From positions 226,052,001 through 226,116,000 of the forward strand of contig OZ024741.1 in NCBI GenBank assembly GCA_964016885.1: a stretch of 64,000 bases of DNA, written 5' to 3'. Positions 14,520-27,590 of this stretch are shown piece by piece. The DNA is from Eledone cirrhosa (taxonomy: Eukaryota). The position numbers and the translations under genes are program-made. Under the pieces are notes generated by a model. The model was not told the origin of the DNA. It worked only from the letters and a program-made list of their open reading frames with translations, and made no database searches. How positions within the stretch are numbered: the first letter of the stretch is position 1; each line of letters starts with the position of its first letter.

Positions 14520-14742
14520 CCTCTGGGATAGACACATGTGCTGAGCTCGCTCGGTAAGTTTTGTTTAAATTTATCTGGAAATTGTGAACTGTAAACTTTC
14601 ATTTTTGTACCATTTTGTAGAGAGACTACCAGGTCAAACTTTGATCTGGTCAGTCTCTCAAAATATTCTACGCCTTTAGGCGAAATAGTGTTGTAAAAAT
14701 TTAATCTTTCGAAAAATTTCAAAAAATCCTATTTTGATAAAA

Positions 14743-16562
14743 ATGGCTGAAGCATCTTCACCAAAATTCGAAGGAGGAAAGGGGAAGATAAGCTTACAGC
14801 TTCTCCCTGCCACTGTCACATAGCAGAGGTCAAAAAGTAAGGTCAGACAGAGGATGGATTTTCTCCACCTGTTGACCGACAACTTGACGTTGCCATGGCA
14901 ACAAACCAATGAACCAGCGGCACCAGCAACAGCAACAACAACAACAATGCGACGGACGAAAACAACACCAATAACAATAACAGCAACAACAAGACCAATA
15001 ACTGTGATAACAACAACAATGATAACAACAACACCACCAACTACAACAGCAACACAAACAAAAAAAAAAATTTACTCCTTCGCCGAGACGGCAAGGAAAG
15101 CCCTCGACTATCTGCCAGTAGATATAACCAAAGCGAAGGAGCTACTGGCAGATGCCAAAAAATATATAGTGTACGGGGAAAATGGTTCATTCATGATCCA
15201 TGCCCCCCCCCCCCCGGAACTAAAAAGCCAGAGACTCCTAAACACTGTCATGTTTAGGACAATCTCGAATAAAAGCAAAAAACCAGCTCAATCATCACAG
15301 AGTGAGATAGAGCTAGTTTTAAAAGACGTCATGAAGGACATCACCTTCATTCAGAAGGATAGACTCTACGGGAGTCTATCCATTCTCATGAAGGACAGGG
15401 ACACAGCAGTGAAACTGTCCATCAAACCAGTCACATCCACCGCATACACCTTCTACCCTACGTACATGGGTAGAAGAACACAACAAATAAAAATCAACAC
15501 CATCCTGCCGATTATGGACATATGGTGGGTTTGGACAGGTTTCCTGGACCTGGATGATAACACGCTGGTGTCCATGGGAAAGGCATCGGGTGACGCGTTC
15601 AGTGGAACGAGCCTCGAACTTGTAGTTCAAATGAGGCCCGAAAGGATCGCCCAGATCCCTGAACGCGTCATACTGGATGATCAAACTTTCATCAACATTA
15701 CCGTTGAGGGTAGGCGGCCCTCGTGTTACCTCTGCGGAACCAGGGGTCGCCTGAGGGCTGTCTGTCCCCAACTTAATAAGAAAACCCCAATCCTGCCTAC
15801 ACCACCAACAACTGCACAACCAACACAATCACCACAACTACCACTACAAAAACAACCACTACAAAAACAACCAACACAGCTCAAACTAAAACAAAACAAT
15901 GTCCAACCCATCCCCCCCACTCAAAAAACAAAAACAATTTCCAAAACACCCGCACCGCAAACACAACCCGAAAATATACCCCTCCCCTCCAACGCGGAAG
16001 ATGACCCTAGTTCGTCGTCAGACGAGGAGGAGCACTTCCACACAATCAAAAGAAAAAATAGAAAACATACCTCAGACACACAAATGAAAACAACCCCTCC
16101 CCAAAACATAACACTGACACCAACACAAAAGAGCTCACAACAACAGCAAACAAAAAACACCACACAAAAACAAAAAAACATGCATACACATACATAAACA
16201 CAAGAAACAAAAAACTGTTAAACATTGTGTACAACAACAATCTAATAAAAACCCAAGGGCCTAACTTCACACAGGCAGGGAATTTCCCCCACCTCAAAAT
16301 GATTAAGGCCCCACAGGACACCTATAAAACTTTAAAAAACAACTTTAAAGAGGACGTGGGTCCCCCCTGCGTCGGGCCCATTAACCGCGTCCTCCTAAAA
16401 AACTACCCCACCCCCTCCCCAAACACCCACGCAACTCCAAACTCCCCAACCACACAACACACTGATACCCCTACACTTCCACAAACCCCCACCCCAGCCA
16501 ACAACCCATCCCCCACCCTAATGGAAATTGTGCAACCCGATACCCGGGACGCAGAGAGGTAA
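14743..16562 (+). pseudogene. LINE ORF1 (gag-like; Thr/Gln/Pro-rich linkers, one zinc knuckle)
   Basis: ATG 14743 is in frame with ORF 14854-16197 except for one TAG at 14821. Knuckle CYLCGTRGRLRAVC (H->R). The frameshifted tail 16227-16562 is homologous to 20659-20898. Confidence 0.75.
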
Positions 16563-16586
16563 GTGCCTTTTCTCTTCACCACCAAC

Positions 16587-19500
16587 ATGGCTATGCTAAG
16601 AGTAGGCTGTTTAAATGCGCGTGGCCTGGGCTCAACTTGGAAGCAAGCAATGCTTCTAAATGACCTCAGGTCACAACGTATAGATGTGATGGTTATTTGC
16701 GAGGCCCGGATCAGCAACGTGCGACAGCTGGCCCCTACCTTTGATGACTTTGAGATGCACGCATCTCTCTGTCAGCCCAGAGGTGGGGGTGGGGTTGTCG
16801 TTCTGCTCAAAAACATCTGGGTCTCGCAACACAGATGGTACATTTGGACCCGGAGGGTCGACTAGTGGTTCTGGACCTTGGCAGTGATAAAGGCGGAGCG
16901 TTTAGGTTGGTAGCCGCCTACGGCCCTTTCGGGTCAATGCGGCCGAACTTCTTCCATCGTCTGGAGACTTTTCTAGGGACGTACCGCTCCTTGCTATTAG
17001 TGGGGGACTGGAATGGTATCCTAGATGCACGCTGGGACTACGTAGGGGCCTGTCCCGATAGAGAGGGGTGTAATAGCCTCAAAGGGTTAATCGGTCGATT
17101 TGACCTGGCCGATAGATATCGACTAGATTTTCCGACTGCGCCACCCTGGATTTGGGCAAATCGTAGCGGATCATCTAGGTCATACCTAGATAGGTTCTTA
17201 GTTAGAATTAAGGATAAGGACTTTTTAAGTTGTCCAAAAATGCGCATGGCTGGCTATTCAGACCACAAGTTAGTGACCTGCATGGTCAACCTTGACAGAA
17301 CTCATAGACAGGGACCCGGTTACTGGAAGCTCAACTTGTCCTTACCGGCAAGTAAGGCTTACAGGGACCGGATTAGCACTTTAGTTAAGGAGCGGTTGAC
17401 GGGCGCCATCGTCAACAGCAGGTGGTGGGGATCTCTCAAAAGAGAGATTAGAGTAGTCTCTATAGAATTTAGTAAGGAGTTAGCCTCAAATAGAAATAGG
17501 AAGGAAAGGGAGTTGGTAGATAGTGTAGAAGAGGCAATTAGAAGCGGCGACGTGGCCAGAGTGCTAGCGTCGAGAACGGCCCTGGGCCAGTTCTTCGACG
17601 CGAAACACGAAGGCTGCATCGTCCGAAGCAAAATACGTGCTCTGGGAAACGAGGGGACCAAAGCTGTTAGCTGGGCCCGCGTGACAGAAGCCAAAAGAGG
17701 GAGCAGATCCACTATCCGGTCTTTGCGAGACCAGGATGGACGGGTGATCCTTGAATCTAAGCAGATGTGCGAGGCTTTTCAAAAGCACTTTGCCGGATTG
17801 TTCGGAAGGGGCGGGGAGCCGGTTGGGGATGTGGACTTTGGTCCATACCTCGACGGCCTGCCGCGTCTCTCGGACAGGGAGGCAAAGTCCTGCGAGGAGC
17901 CAATTTCAGCCGCTGAGATAGAGGACGTGCTGAGCCAATGCGGCAAACGCAAATCCCCGGGTCTCGATGGTCTTCCATACGAACTATATCTAGCTATGCC
18001 GGACTTGTTCCCCGATCTCCTCGAGGCGGTCTACTGCAACTGGCAACAGAACGGGAGAATTCCCTGTGCTGTGACCAAGGGCGTAGTCTCGCTAGTGAAG
18101 AAGGACGAGAACAAGGGGGACGATATAAATAATTTCAGGCCCATAACCCTGCTAAATACAGAGTTACAGATTTTGGCCAAGGTGCTAGCAAAGAGGTTGG
18201 CGCTTGTCGTGGGTAACCTGGTGGGAGATGCGCAGACATGTGCTATCCCGTCCAGGTCCATCCACGACAACCTCCACCTCATGCGATACATCATAGAGAG
18301 GGTTGGGAACGAACCCGGCTTTGGTGGGGCCCTGATCAACTTGGATCAATTAAGGCATTCGATAGGCTGGACCATGGTTACCTGGATGCGGTGCTAGCGG
18401 CGGCAGGCTTCGGACCCGTTTTCAGGGGATCAATGCCATGCACAGCAGCCGCATCTGCCCTAGGGTCAAGGTGAACGGCTACCTCTCGGAGCCGTTCTAA
18501 ATCGCGCGGTCCATCCAACAGGGGTGCCCTCTCTCCTCCCTTCTGTATGTAATGACTCTAGAGCCACTGCTGCGGAAGTTGGAGTTGTTGCAGGGCATCC
18601 CGTTGGAACCGGGATTGCGGAAAGCGGTGTCAGCCTACGCCGATGACGCAACTGTAATGGTGTCGACGGTCTCGGAAATAGGGGCGATCGGCACCTTACT
18701 GGAGGAGTACGAAAGGTTTACAGGGGCTAAGCTGAACCGGGACAAGTCGATCGGTCTGCAACTCGGCACGTGGAGGGGAAGATCGATGCCCTCCGATGGC
18801 GTCGTCGGGCGCTGGACGGAGGGCCCGGTGAAGTTGCTCGGTGTCTGGTTCGGACCAGACCTCCAGGTGGAGAAGAACTGGGGTGAGGTTACGAACAGGG
18901 TGTTTGCACTGACCCAGAAGTGGGCCGAGTGCAAACTGTCCATGAAAGGTCGGGCGGAGGTGGCGAACACTTATATAGCGTCCGTCATCTACTACCGCCT
19001 GACCGTTGTGCCTTGCCCAAGGGAAACGCTCGCCAAAATGGAGCGCGCACTCTTCCAATTCCTTTGGAAGAAGCGGGCTCCTATGGTGAGGAGATCCATC
19101 TGCTGTCAACACCCTTCGAAAGGAGGGCTGGGGATGCCGTGGCTAATGATACGTAAACACGCATTAAGGCTACGGCACCTTCAGGTATTCCTCTCCGGTC
19201 AACCGGTGTGGGCCCCGTTTGTGAGGCGAGCCTTTCCCAGACTCGTCTCACTCACCGAGCTGCAATCCTGGGTCAAGCAAAGACCGAGAAAACTGGGCGC
19301 CTGGCACACCGAGTGTGCCCAGGCGCTCACGGCTCTCTGGCAGGCGGACCCGGCTGTCAGTGGAGAATCCACCTCGTCATTCTATAGAGGGCTGGTGGTT
19401 AGCAGGTGCGACGACGCCCTCGGAGAAGCCCTAGGCATGGAGGAAGACGAACTGGCCAACCTGTTCGGTAGGACATTCAGCCCGGGACCCATGGATAACT

Positions 19501-20015
19501 TCCAGAGGTCCCTGGCCTGGCAATGCTACAGAAGGGCTCTGCCCGTTCGAGAAAGGCTCTACAGACACGGGCGCCCGGGTAGGGACCCCTCGAAAAAGAT
19601 CTGTCCCAGATGCGTGTGCGACGAGGAAACCGTTGCACACGCATTGGTACACTGCTCGGGCATTGCCGATCTGTGGGGCTATGTCGAACAACTGCTGTCA
19701 AGGGTGGGACCGATCCGGTTGACCACCGAGTCTATTGTAACGATCAAGCCGCCTCCCCTCTTCAAAAACGAAGAAGAGGCGTTGTTTCTGTGCGTAATAG
19801 CCATGGCGAAAGAGGTTGTATGGTGGACGCGTCTGTAAGGACTGAGGTCAGACACCTTTCTCTCTGGCCAACAACTGGTCCGTTTCTTCCGATATCATTT
19901 CGGAAGGGTCAGGATGGAGAGAGAGCTGCTGCAGCCCAGCCGTTTTTATGAAAGATGGGTGAAAGTGGCGAGAATGGCCCGTGTGAATGGGCCTTCACTC
20001 TACATCAGACTATAG
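16587..20015 (+). pseudogene. LINE ORF2: APE endonuclease - reverse transcriptase - C-terminal zinc finger
   Basis: CLNARGL, GDWN, YLDRF, SDHK, KSPGLDG, NFRPITLLN, AYADD, CPRCVCDEETVAHALVHC. Frameshifts at ~16810, ~18350, ~18430; stops at 18498 and 19836. Confidence 0.93.
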
Positions 20016-20249
20016 GTGAGGAAGATGAAAGACCAAGGGAGCACCCCTTCTCTGTGCACCTGAGGAAAAGGGTTGCACACTTTTTTTCGGGGGGGTGTGA
20101 GGATTTTGTTATAAATTTTATTCTGTTATATTTTATTTTATTTTTATATTTTGTTATTGTCTCCTCCTTATTGAGGACGCCTTGTTTTGTAAACTCCCCC
20201 CATTGTACTTGTCCCACTTTTGATGCCCTGGTGGCAAATAAAAGAAACA

Positions 20250-20339
<90 letters not shown>

Positions 20340-20414
20340 GCTAGCTATATATCTGTCTAGCTGTCTGTCTGTCTGTCTTTCTTAATGTCTGTGTTTATAT
20401 CTATCTATCTATAT

Positions 20415-23400
20415 AACACCAACACAACCGGTGCAAACAGCACAAACAAAAACACCTCCCCTCCTGAAAACAAAACACCTACTACAAAACGTAAACACAC
20501 ACAAGAGCCACAGACAAAAAGCAAAACAACACAACAAAAAGGTTACACCTACATAAATACTAACAATAAAACTTAAACAGACACCATATATAAAAAACCC
20601 TTCGGTCTCCACCGAAGGGAAAACTTTTACACACTCTTCGGAGAATACTAATCTTAAAATGATTAGGATCTCCATGGACACACGTAAACAGTTAAAAGGA
20701 AAATTCCATAACGACGTAGGTAACTCCTGCGTCAAACCCTACAATCGAGTCCTGTTAAATTGTTTCCCCACCCCAGACACCCCCTGCCCACCAAACATAT
20801 TCGTCCCCACCCCGCCAGAAAACGCCACCCCACCAAATAACCCCTCCAACACCCCAATAGAAATTGTGCAACCTGGTCCCCAGGAGACGAAGAGGTGAGT
20901 GATTTCTTTTCCTCGTCTTTTAACTTTTCAGCACGAACATGGCCAATATAAGATTTGGATGTGTGAATGTACGCGACCTGGGGATGCCCTGGAAACAGGG
21001 CAAACTCTTAAACGACCTCAGGTCGCACAGTATGGGTGTAATAGCCCTTTGCGAGTCCAGGATCCACAGCGAGCGACAACTGGCCCCCATCTTCGACGAC
21101 TTTGAGATCTACGCATCTCTCTGTCAGCCGGGAAGTGGTGGTGGGGCTGCCGATTTGCTGCGGAAACACCTGGACCTCGTAACACAGCCGGTACATCTGG
21201 ACCCGGAGGGTCGACTGGTGGTCCTAGACGTTGACGGTAGTGAAGGTGGAGCCTTCAGGCTGGTCGCCGCATATGCCCCATCCGGGACATCACGGCAAGA
21301 CTTCTTCAAACATCTAGAGACTTTTCTGGGAACGTCCCGCTCCCTGCTGTTAATGGGGAACTGGAATGGAATCGTAGATGCACGTTGGGTCTATGTGGGA
21401 GCATGTCCCGATAAAGGGGGCTTGAACAGCCTCAAACAGTTAATCGGCCGATTTCAACTGGTCGATAGATATCGACTAGATTTTCCAACTGTGCCACTGT
21501 GGACGTGGACCAACCACAGCGGAACATCTAGATCGTACCTGGTTAGAGTTAGTGATAGGGACCTGTTAAGGTGTCCACAAACGTTCATGGTTGCCTATTC
21601 AGATCACAAACTAGTGACCTGCTTAGTCAACCTTGACAGAACCCATAGACAGGGACCCGGCTACTGAAAGCTGAACTAGTCGTTACCGACATGCAAAGCC
21701 TACAGTAGACGGATTAGCACTTTAATTAAGCAGCACTTGACGGGGGCCCTTGTCAACAACATATGGTGGTACTCTCTCAAGAGGGAGGTAGATTAGACTC
21801 GATAGGTTTTAGTAAAGAATTAGTGTTAGATAGAAATAAGACCGAACAGGAACTGGTAGATAAAATAGAAGAGGCACTTAGGAGTGGCAACGTAGCCAGT
21901 GTGCTAGCGACGAGAACGGCCTTCGACCAGTTCTTCGACGCAATTGTCAGGAGCAAAATACGTGTTCTGGGAAACGAGGGAGCCAAAGCTGTTAACTGGG
22001 CCCGAGTGACGGAGGCGAAAAGTGGCAACAACTCCATGATTCGGTCTTTGAAGGACCAAGACGGACGCGTGATACGTGAGCCGAAGCAGATGTGCGCGGC
22101 CTTTCAGCGGCACTTTGGTCAATTCTTTGTGCAGCGCGGCGCGCCGGGAGGGGCTATGGATTTCGGTCCATACCTCGACGGCCTGCCCCGAATCTCGAAC
22201 AGCGAGGCGAAGTTCTGCGAAAGGCCGATTTCGGCCGCTGAGATGTGGGACACGCTGAGCCAATGCAACAAACGCAAAACTCCAGGTCTCGACGGTCTAC
22301 CCTACAAATTTTACGTAGCAATGCCAGACTTGTTCTCCGTTCTCCTGGAAGCGGTCTACTGCAACTGGCAGCAGAACGGGAGGATTCCCAGTTCTGTGAC
22401 CAAGGGCGTAGTCACGTTAGTCAGGAAGGACGAGAATAAGAGGGATGACATAGGTAACTTCCGGCCCATAACTCTGCTAAACACAGAGTTACAAATTTTG
22501 ACCAGGGTGTTGGCAAAGAGGCTGGCGCTTGTCGTCAAAAACCTGGTGGGAGAAGCGCAGACATGCGCAATCCCGAACAGGTTCATACACGACAACCTCC
22601 ACCTAATGCGACACATCATAGAGAGAGTATGGTGTAAACCCGGCTTCGGTGGGGCCTTGATCAACTTGGATCAGTCTAAGGCTTTAGATAGGGTTGACCA
22701 TCGTTACCTGGATGCGGTATTCAAGGCGGCAGGCTTCGCTCCCGTGTTAAGGGGCTGGATTTCTGCACTGCACAGCAGCAACATCTGCTCAAGGGTCAAG
22801 GTAAACGGCTACCTTTTGGAGCCGTTCCATATCACGCGATCCATCCGACAGGGATACCCCCTCTCTTCCATTCTGTACGTACTGACTCTCAAGCCATTAC
22901 TGCGGAAGTTGGGACTATTGCAGTGCATCCTTTTGGAACCGGGACTGCGAAAAGCTGCGTCGGCCTACGCCGACAACGTCGCAGTAATGGTGTCGAGCAC
23001 CTCGCAAATCGGGGAGGTCGGCACCTTACTGAAGGAATACGAAAGATTCACAGGAGCGAAGCTGAACCGTTAGAAATCCGTCGGTTTGCAACTCGGAACG
23101 TTGAGAGGCAAACCGATGCCTTCCGATGGTTCTGATTTGGTTTGGACCTCCAGGTGTAGAAGAACTGGAACGAGGTGACGGCCAAGGTGTTTCCTCTCAC
23201 CCAGAAGTGGGCCGAGTGCAAACTATCCTTAAAAGGTCGAGCGGAGGTGGCGAACACTTTTATAGCCTCCGTCATCTACTACCGCTTGACCGTCGTTCCT
23301 TGTCCAGCCAAAAGGCTCACCAAAATGGAGCGCGCGCTCTTCCAATCCCTTTGGAAGAAACGGGCTCCTTTGATGAGAAGATCCATCTGCTGCCAACACC

Positions 23401-24552
23401 CTTCAAACGGAGGACTCGAGATGCCGTGGCTAACGATGCGCAAACACGCGCTCAGGCTGCGTCACCGCCACGTATTCCTCACCGGACAACCGGTGTGGGC
23501 CCCGTTCGTTAGGCGAGCCTTCCCACTACTCGTCTCGCTGACCGAGCTGCAATCCTTGTTCAAGCAAAGACCGAGGAAAATGGGCAACTGGCACATCGAA
23601 TGTGCTCAGGCGCTCACAGTCCTCTGGCAAACGGACCCGGCGATCAGTGGAGACTCCATTTCGTCATTCTATAGAGGGTTGATCCGCAGCAAGTGCGACG
23701 ACGCGCTCGGAGAAACTCTAGGCGTAGAGGAAGACGAACTGGCCAGTCTGTTCGGTAGGACCTTCCGCCCGGGACCGATGGACAACTTCCAAAAGTCCCT
23801 GGCCTGGCAGTGCTACCGAGGAGCTCTACCAGTTCGAGACAAGCTCTACAGACACGGGCGCCCGGGCAGGGACCCTTCGAAAAAGATCTGTCCGAGATGC
23901 GGGCGCGACGAGGAATCCGTCGCGCACGCAATTGTACACTTCCCGGGCGTTACCAACCTGTAGGGCTATGTAGAACGTCTTTTGTCACGGGTGGGACCGA
24001 TCCAGTTGACCACTGAGTCCATTGACATGTTCAAACCGCCACCCTCCTTCAAAAACGAAGGAGAGGCGGTTTTCCTATGTATTAAGGCTATGACGAAAGA
24101 GGTTATATGGTGGACGAGGTTAAAAGGGCTGAGGTCAGAGACCTTTCTCTCCGGCGAACAACTGATTCGTTTTTCAAATTCCATTTTGGAAGAAGAATCA
24201 GGATGGAGAGAGAGGTGCTGTGCCCCAGCAAATTTTATAATAGGTGGGTGAATGTGGCAAAGATGGCCCGAGTGGTTGGGCCTTCTCTCTATATAAGCCT
24301 GTAGGTTGAGGAAAAAGAGGAAGAGAGGAGGGGAGTACTCACTCTTGGTGCTCCTGGAGATGAGGGTTGTACATTTTTTCGGGGTGTGTACAACCCATGT
24401 GTAACGCCTGCCCTCTATTGGGGATTTCGATTGTTAAATTTAATATTATTGTTATTAATTCTTTTTTTCTTTACACGCCTCTATGTAACCTCCCAACTAT
24501 ATTATTATTTGTATTGGTCCCCATCTTTTTGCGCCCTTGTGGCAAATAAAGA
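20415..24552 (+). mobile_element. Second, diverged Tx1/L1-group LINE, 5'-truncated in ORF1
   Basis: ORF2 from ATG 20939 in pieces (SDHK, NFRPITLLN, AYADN, CPRC); same 3' end GTGGCAAATAAAGAA followed by (ATCT)n. Confidence 0.92.
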
Positions 24553-24553
24553 A

Positions 24554-24592
<39 letters not shown>

Positions 24593-24605
24593 CATATATA
24601 TATAT

Positions 24606-24645
<40 letters not shown>

Positions 24646-24801
24646 TATATATATATATATATATAAATAGATATATATATGCCGACAGGCACCAATCACA
24701 AACTTTCTGCCTTGACCGCTGGCCACGTGATGGTTCTTAGCCATTTTGAATTCATTTCTGGCGGGGATCATGGTAGAAGAAACTTAATCCAGTCTTAGGT
24801 A

Positions 24802-24884
24802 TCTCCTGAAGATGTCCAGGCCTTGTGGATGTATCCAAGATCGGGTATATCCAAAAAGTGGAACGAAATCACCGTTGGTCGAGA
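24802..24884 (+). ncRNA. Type-I hammerhead ribozyme candidate
   Basis: TCTC-CTGAAGA-TGTCCA...TGGAAC-GAAA-TCA-CCGT-TGG-TC-GAGA, inside a ~500-bp island between (TA)n tracts. Confidence 0.65.
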
Positions 24885-25173
24885 CTAGGAGAATTTTAGT
24901 AAAATTTATGTGCATTTATTCTTCAAACTTAAATTTTGTACCTAATTTCGTGTAGTTAACTATTTGTCTAGTCAATTTCTACAGGCTAAAAGAAATAATT
25001 AGATAGGTGTAATATGGCTGTACATCGCGGAAAATAATCTGTAACATTTGTCTATTATTTCTTCATTAGTACATTTTAAAATTATAGCCTCGTTTAAATG
25101 ATATTTTATGTGGTTAATTTATACTGATTAGGAGAGGAAATACTTTATATATTTTATCTTTCTTCGGACATGC

Positions 25174-25236
<63 letters not shown>

Positions 25237-25397
25237 TAATTGGTGCTATGAAATAGTGATATATATATGAATGTATATTTAGTGTATTTTGTAATACACT
25301 GTATGCTTAATTAAAAGCATTTCGAAGACCTTACGCTATTGTTATATAGTAGTGACAGTCTCACTTACTTTAAATTTTCAGCAAACAGGGGAGATAA

Positions 25398-25442
25398 AGC
25401 TGACATACCTCTGTTTCGTACTTTTTGGTACTTATCAAAGCT
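25398..25442 (-). ncRNA. Hammerhead ribozyme, U3-A8 core variant
   Basis: AGCT-TTGATAA-GTAC-caaaaa-GTAC-GAAA-CAGAGGTATG-TC-AGCT. Confidence 0.75.
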
Positions 25443-25719
25443 AAGCACTCCACCTGTTTGCTGAACATCATGAATGTTTGATTCTTATAGAATTCTAGTA
25501 ATAATCGGGAACTGATTATACAGAGCGGTTGCCGGTCAGGCAGAAATTGAAAATAAGATTTGGTGCTCTGAAATAGCGATATATATATGAATGTATATAT
25601 ATTGTATTTTGCAATACACTGTATGCTTAATTAAAAGCATTTCGAAGACCTTACGCTATTCTTTTGGAGTAGTGACAGTCTCACTTACTTTAGATTTTCA
25701 GCAAACAGGTGGAGTACTT

Positions 25720-25764
25720 AGCTTTGATAAGTACCAACAAGTACGAAACAGAGTTCTGTAAGCT
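25720..25764 (+). ncRNA. Hammerhead ribozyme, U3-A8 core variant
   Basis: AGCT-TTGATAA-GTAC-caacaa-GTAC-GAAA-CAGA-gt-TCTG-TA-AGCT; stem I extended by TTCAGCAAACAGG/CCTGTTTGCTGAA. Confidence 0.8.
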
Positions 25765-26127
25765 TTATCTCCCCTGTTTGCTGAAAATTTAAAGTAAGTG
25801 AGACTGTCACTACTCTAAAACAATAGCGTAAGGTCTTCGAAATGCTTTTAATTAAGCACACTGTGTATTGCAAAATACACTATATATACATTCATATATA
25901 TGTATATATATATGTAAATATATATAATTGCAGATACATATATCTATAGATATATATATAATTGCAGATACATATATCCATATAGATATAGATATAAAAG
26001 CTAATTACAATTTTTGCTCAATGTATGAATTAACTAAATCATTAATCAATTAGTCAGTTAGAGCATTATAAATTTAATGATGGTTAAAATAAAGTACACA
26101 AGATAAAAATATTTACACATAAAATAC

Positions 26128-26462
26128 CTTTTCCTGCAGTTTCCTCCTGAATATAAATCCCAGTATTCTTATAATTTAGCATACAAGATTAGAGAGAATA
26201 GGACTCTTCAGTAAATCTTCTCAAAACCCGAAGAGATTTCGTTTGAATTCCCTTCAAGGTAGAATAAAACAGTGTATAACGAACTGCTAATTCTAGCCAC
26301 CACGTTTGCTTGCCAATAGTGAATTTATTACTTCCATTTTTGTCAACTATATACCACGTGACGGTTTTCCCCTTTGAAGAAGACATTGGTTACGATAGTC
26401 TCTCGAAATTCCTCCGGCTTTTGAGAAGATTCTCTGAAGAGTCCTATCTCATAATCCTTGGA
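26128..26462. repeat. Degenerate inverted repeat (26186-26241 / 26404-26462) with a decayed HHR on the minus strand
   Basis: Minus strand: CTGAAGA-GTCCT...AGGAG-GAAAC-TGCA-GGA. Confidence 0.45.
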
Positions 26463-26699
26463 TTTATTAGCCGCTGGCTGGAGGATACTCGAGCAACAAT
26501 CAATGAAGGTACGTATACCATCTTGGTTCATTCATGCATGGAAACACCCTCATTAGTAAGTTAGTACGTATTTGTTATGTTTATATAGAACCAAATATTA
26601 ACATATATGCACATAGTATATATATATATAAATTTTTAGGATTGTTTGATTTGATACTTTTGCTTTTTTGTTTTGACTGCATGCCCATATATGGATAGT

Positions 26700-26999
<300 letters not shown>

Positions 27000-27348
27000 C
27001 GAAGAGATATTTAAATGTTGGTTATTTAACAAATTTATTCATAACAAATTCGAAGCACTCTACAGTTTTTTCTGGAGTATAATATCAAGGATATTAATAA
27101 ACGGAAACTATATTTATAAAACCATATTTATTCTATTATATATATTTCAAGGGTACCAACATTTTGGTGCGCTCTCATCAGATAAAATATAAAATTTTAT
27201 ATATATATATATATGAGTCTGTGTGTGTGTGTGTGTGTGTGCGCGTGGGGGGGGGGGTGATGTAAAAGGGAAACAGAAATAACAACACAATCGGTACAGT
27301 ATATGGAAGGAAAATATTGGGTTAACGCTTGAAATAGCAGGAAGAGGG

Positions 27349-27384
27349 TCTTAACCTTTCGGACGCTAGTCCTTCATCAGAAGA
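27349..27384 (-). ncRNA. Minimal PLE-type hammerhead (stem III reduced or mutated)
   Basis: TCTT-CTGATGA-A-GGAC-tagc-GTCC-GAAA-GGTT-AAGA. Confidence 0.6.
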
Positions 27385-27511
27385 AAGAAGGAGAAATTAA
27401 AAAGATTGAAGGGACGGGCGGGGCGGAATTGGAAAAAAATGTATTTATAAAAAATTAAGAGTTCAATTTATGTTGCCAACTCTTGGAAAACTGTATATAT
27501 ATATATATATT

Positions 27512-27590
<79 letters not shown>

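Larger units (their letters stand above)
14520..20250 (+). mobile_element. Probably full-length Tx1/L1-group LINE (decayed), inserted in (TCTA)n
   Basis: 5'UTR, ORF1, ORF2 (APE-RT-CCHC) and a 3'UTR ending GTGGCAAATAAAAGAAACAT; TCTA repeats on both flanks. Confidence 0.92.
25241..25900 (-). mobile_element. Family C: non-coding retrozyme-like element; 320-bp unit + partial repeat + inverted arm
   Basis: TGGTGCT(A/C)TGAAATAG at 25241 and 25561; inverted arm to 25900; two HHRs; flanked by (TA)n. Confidence 0.8.
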
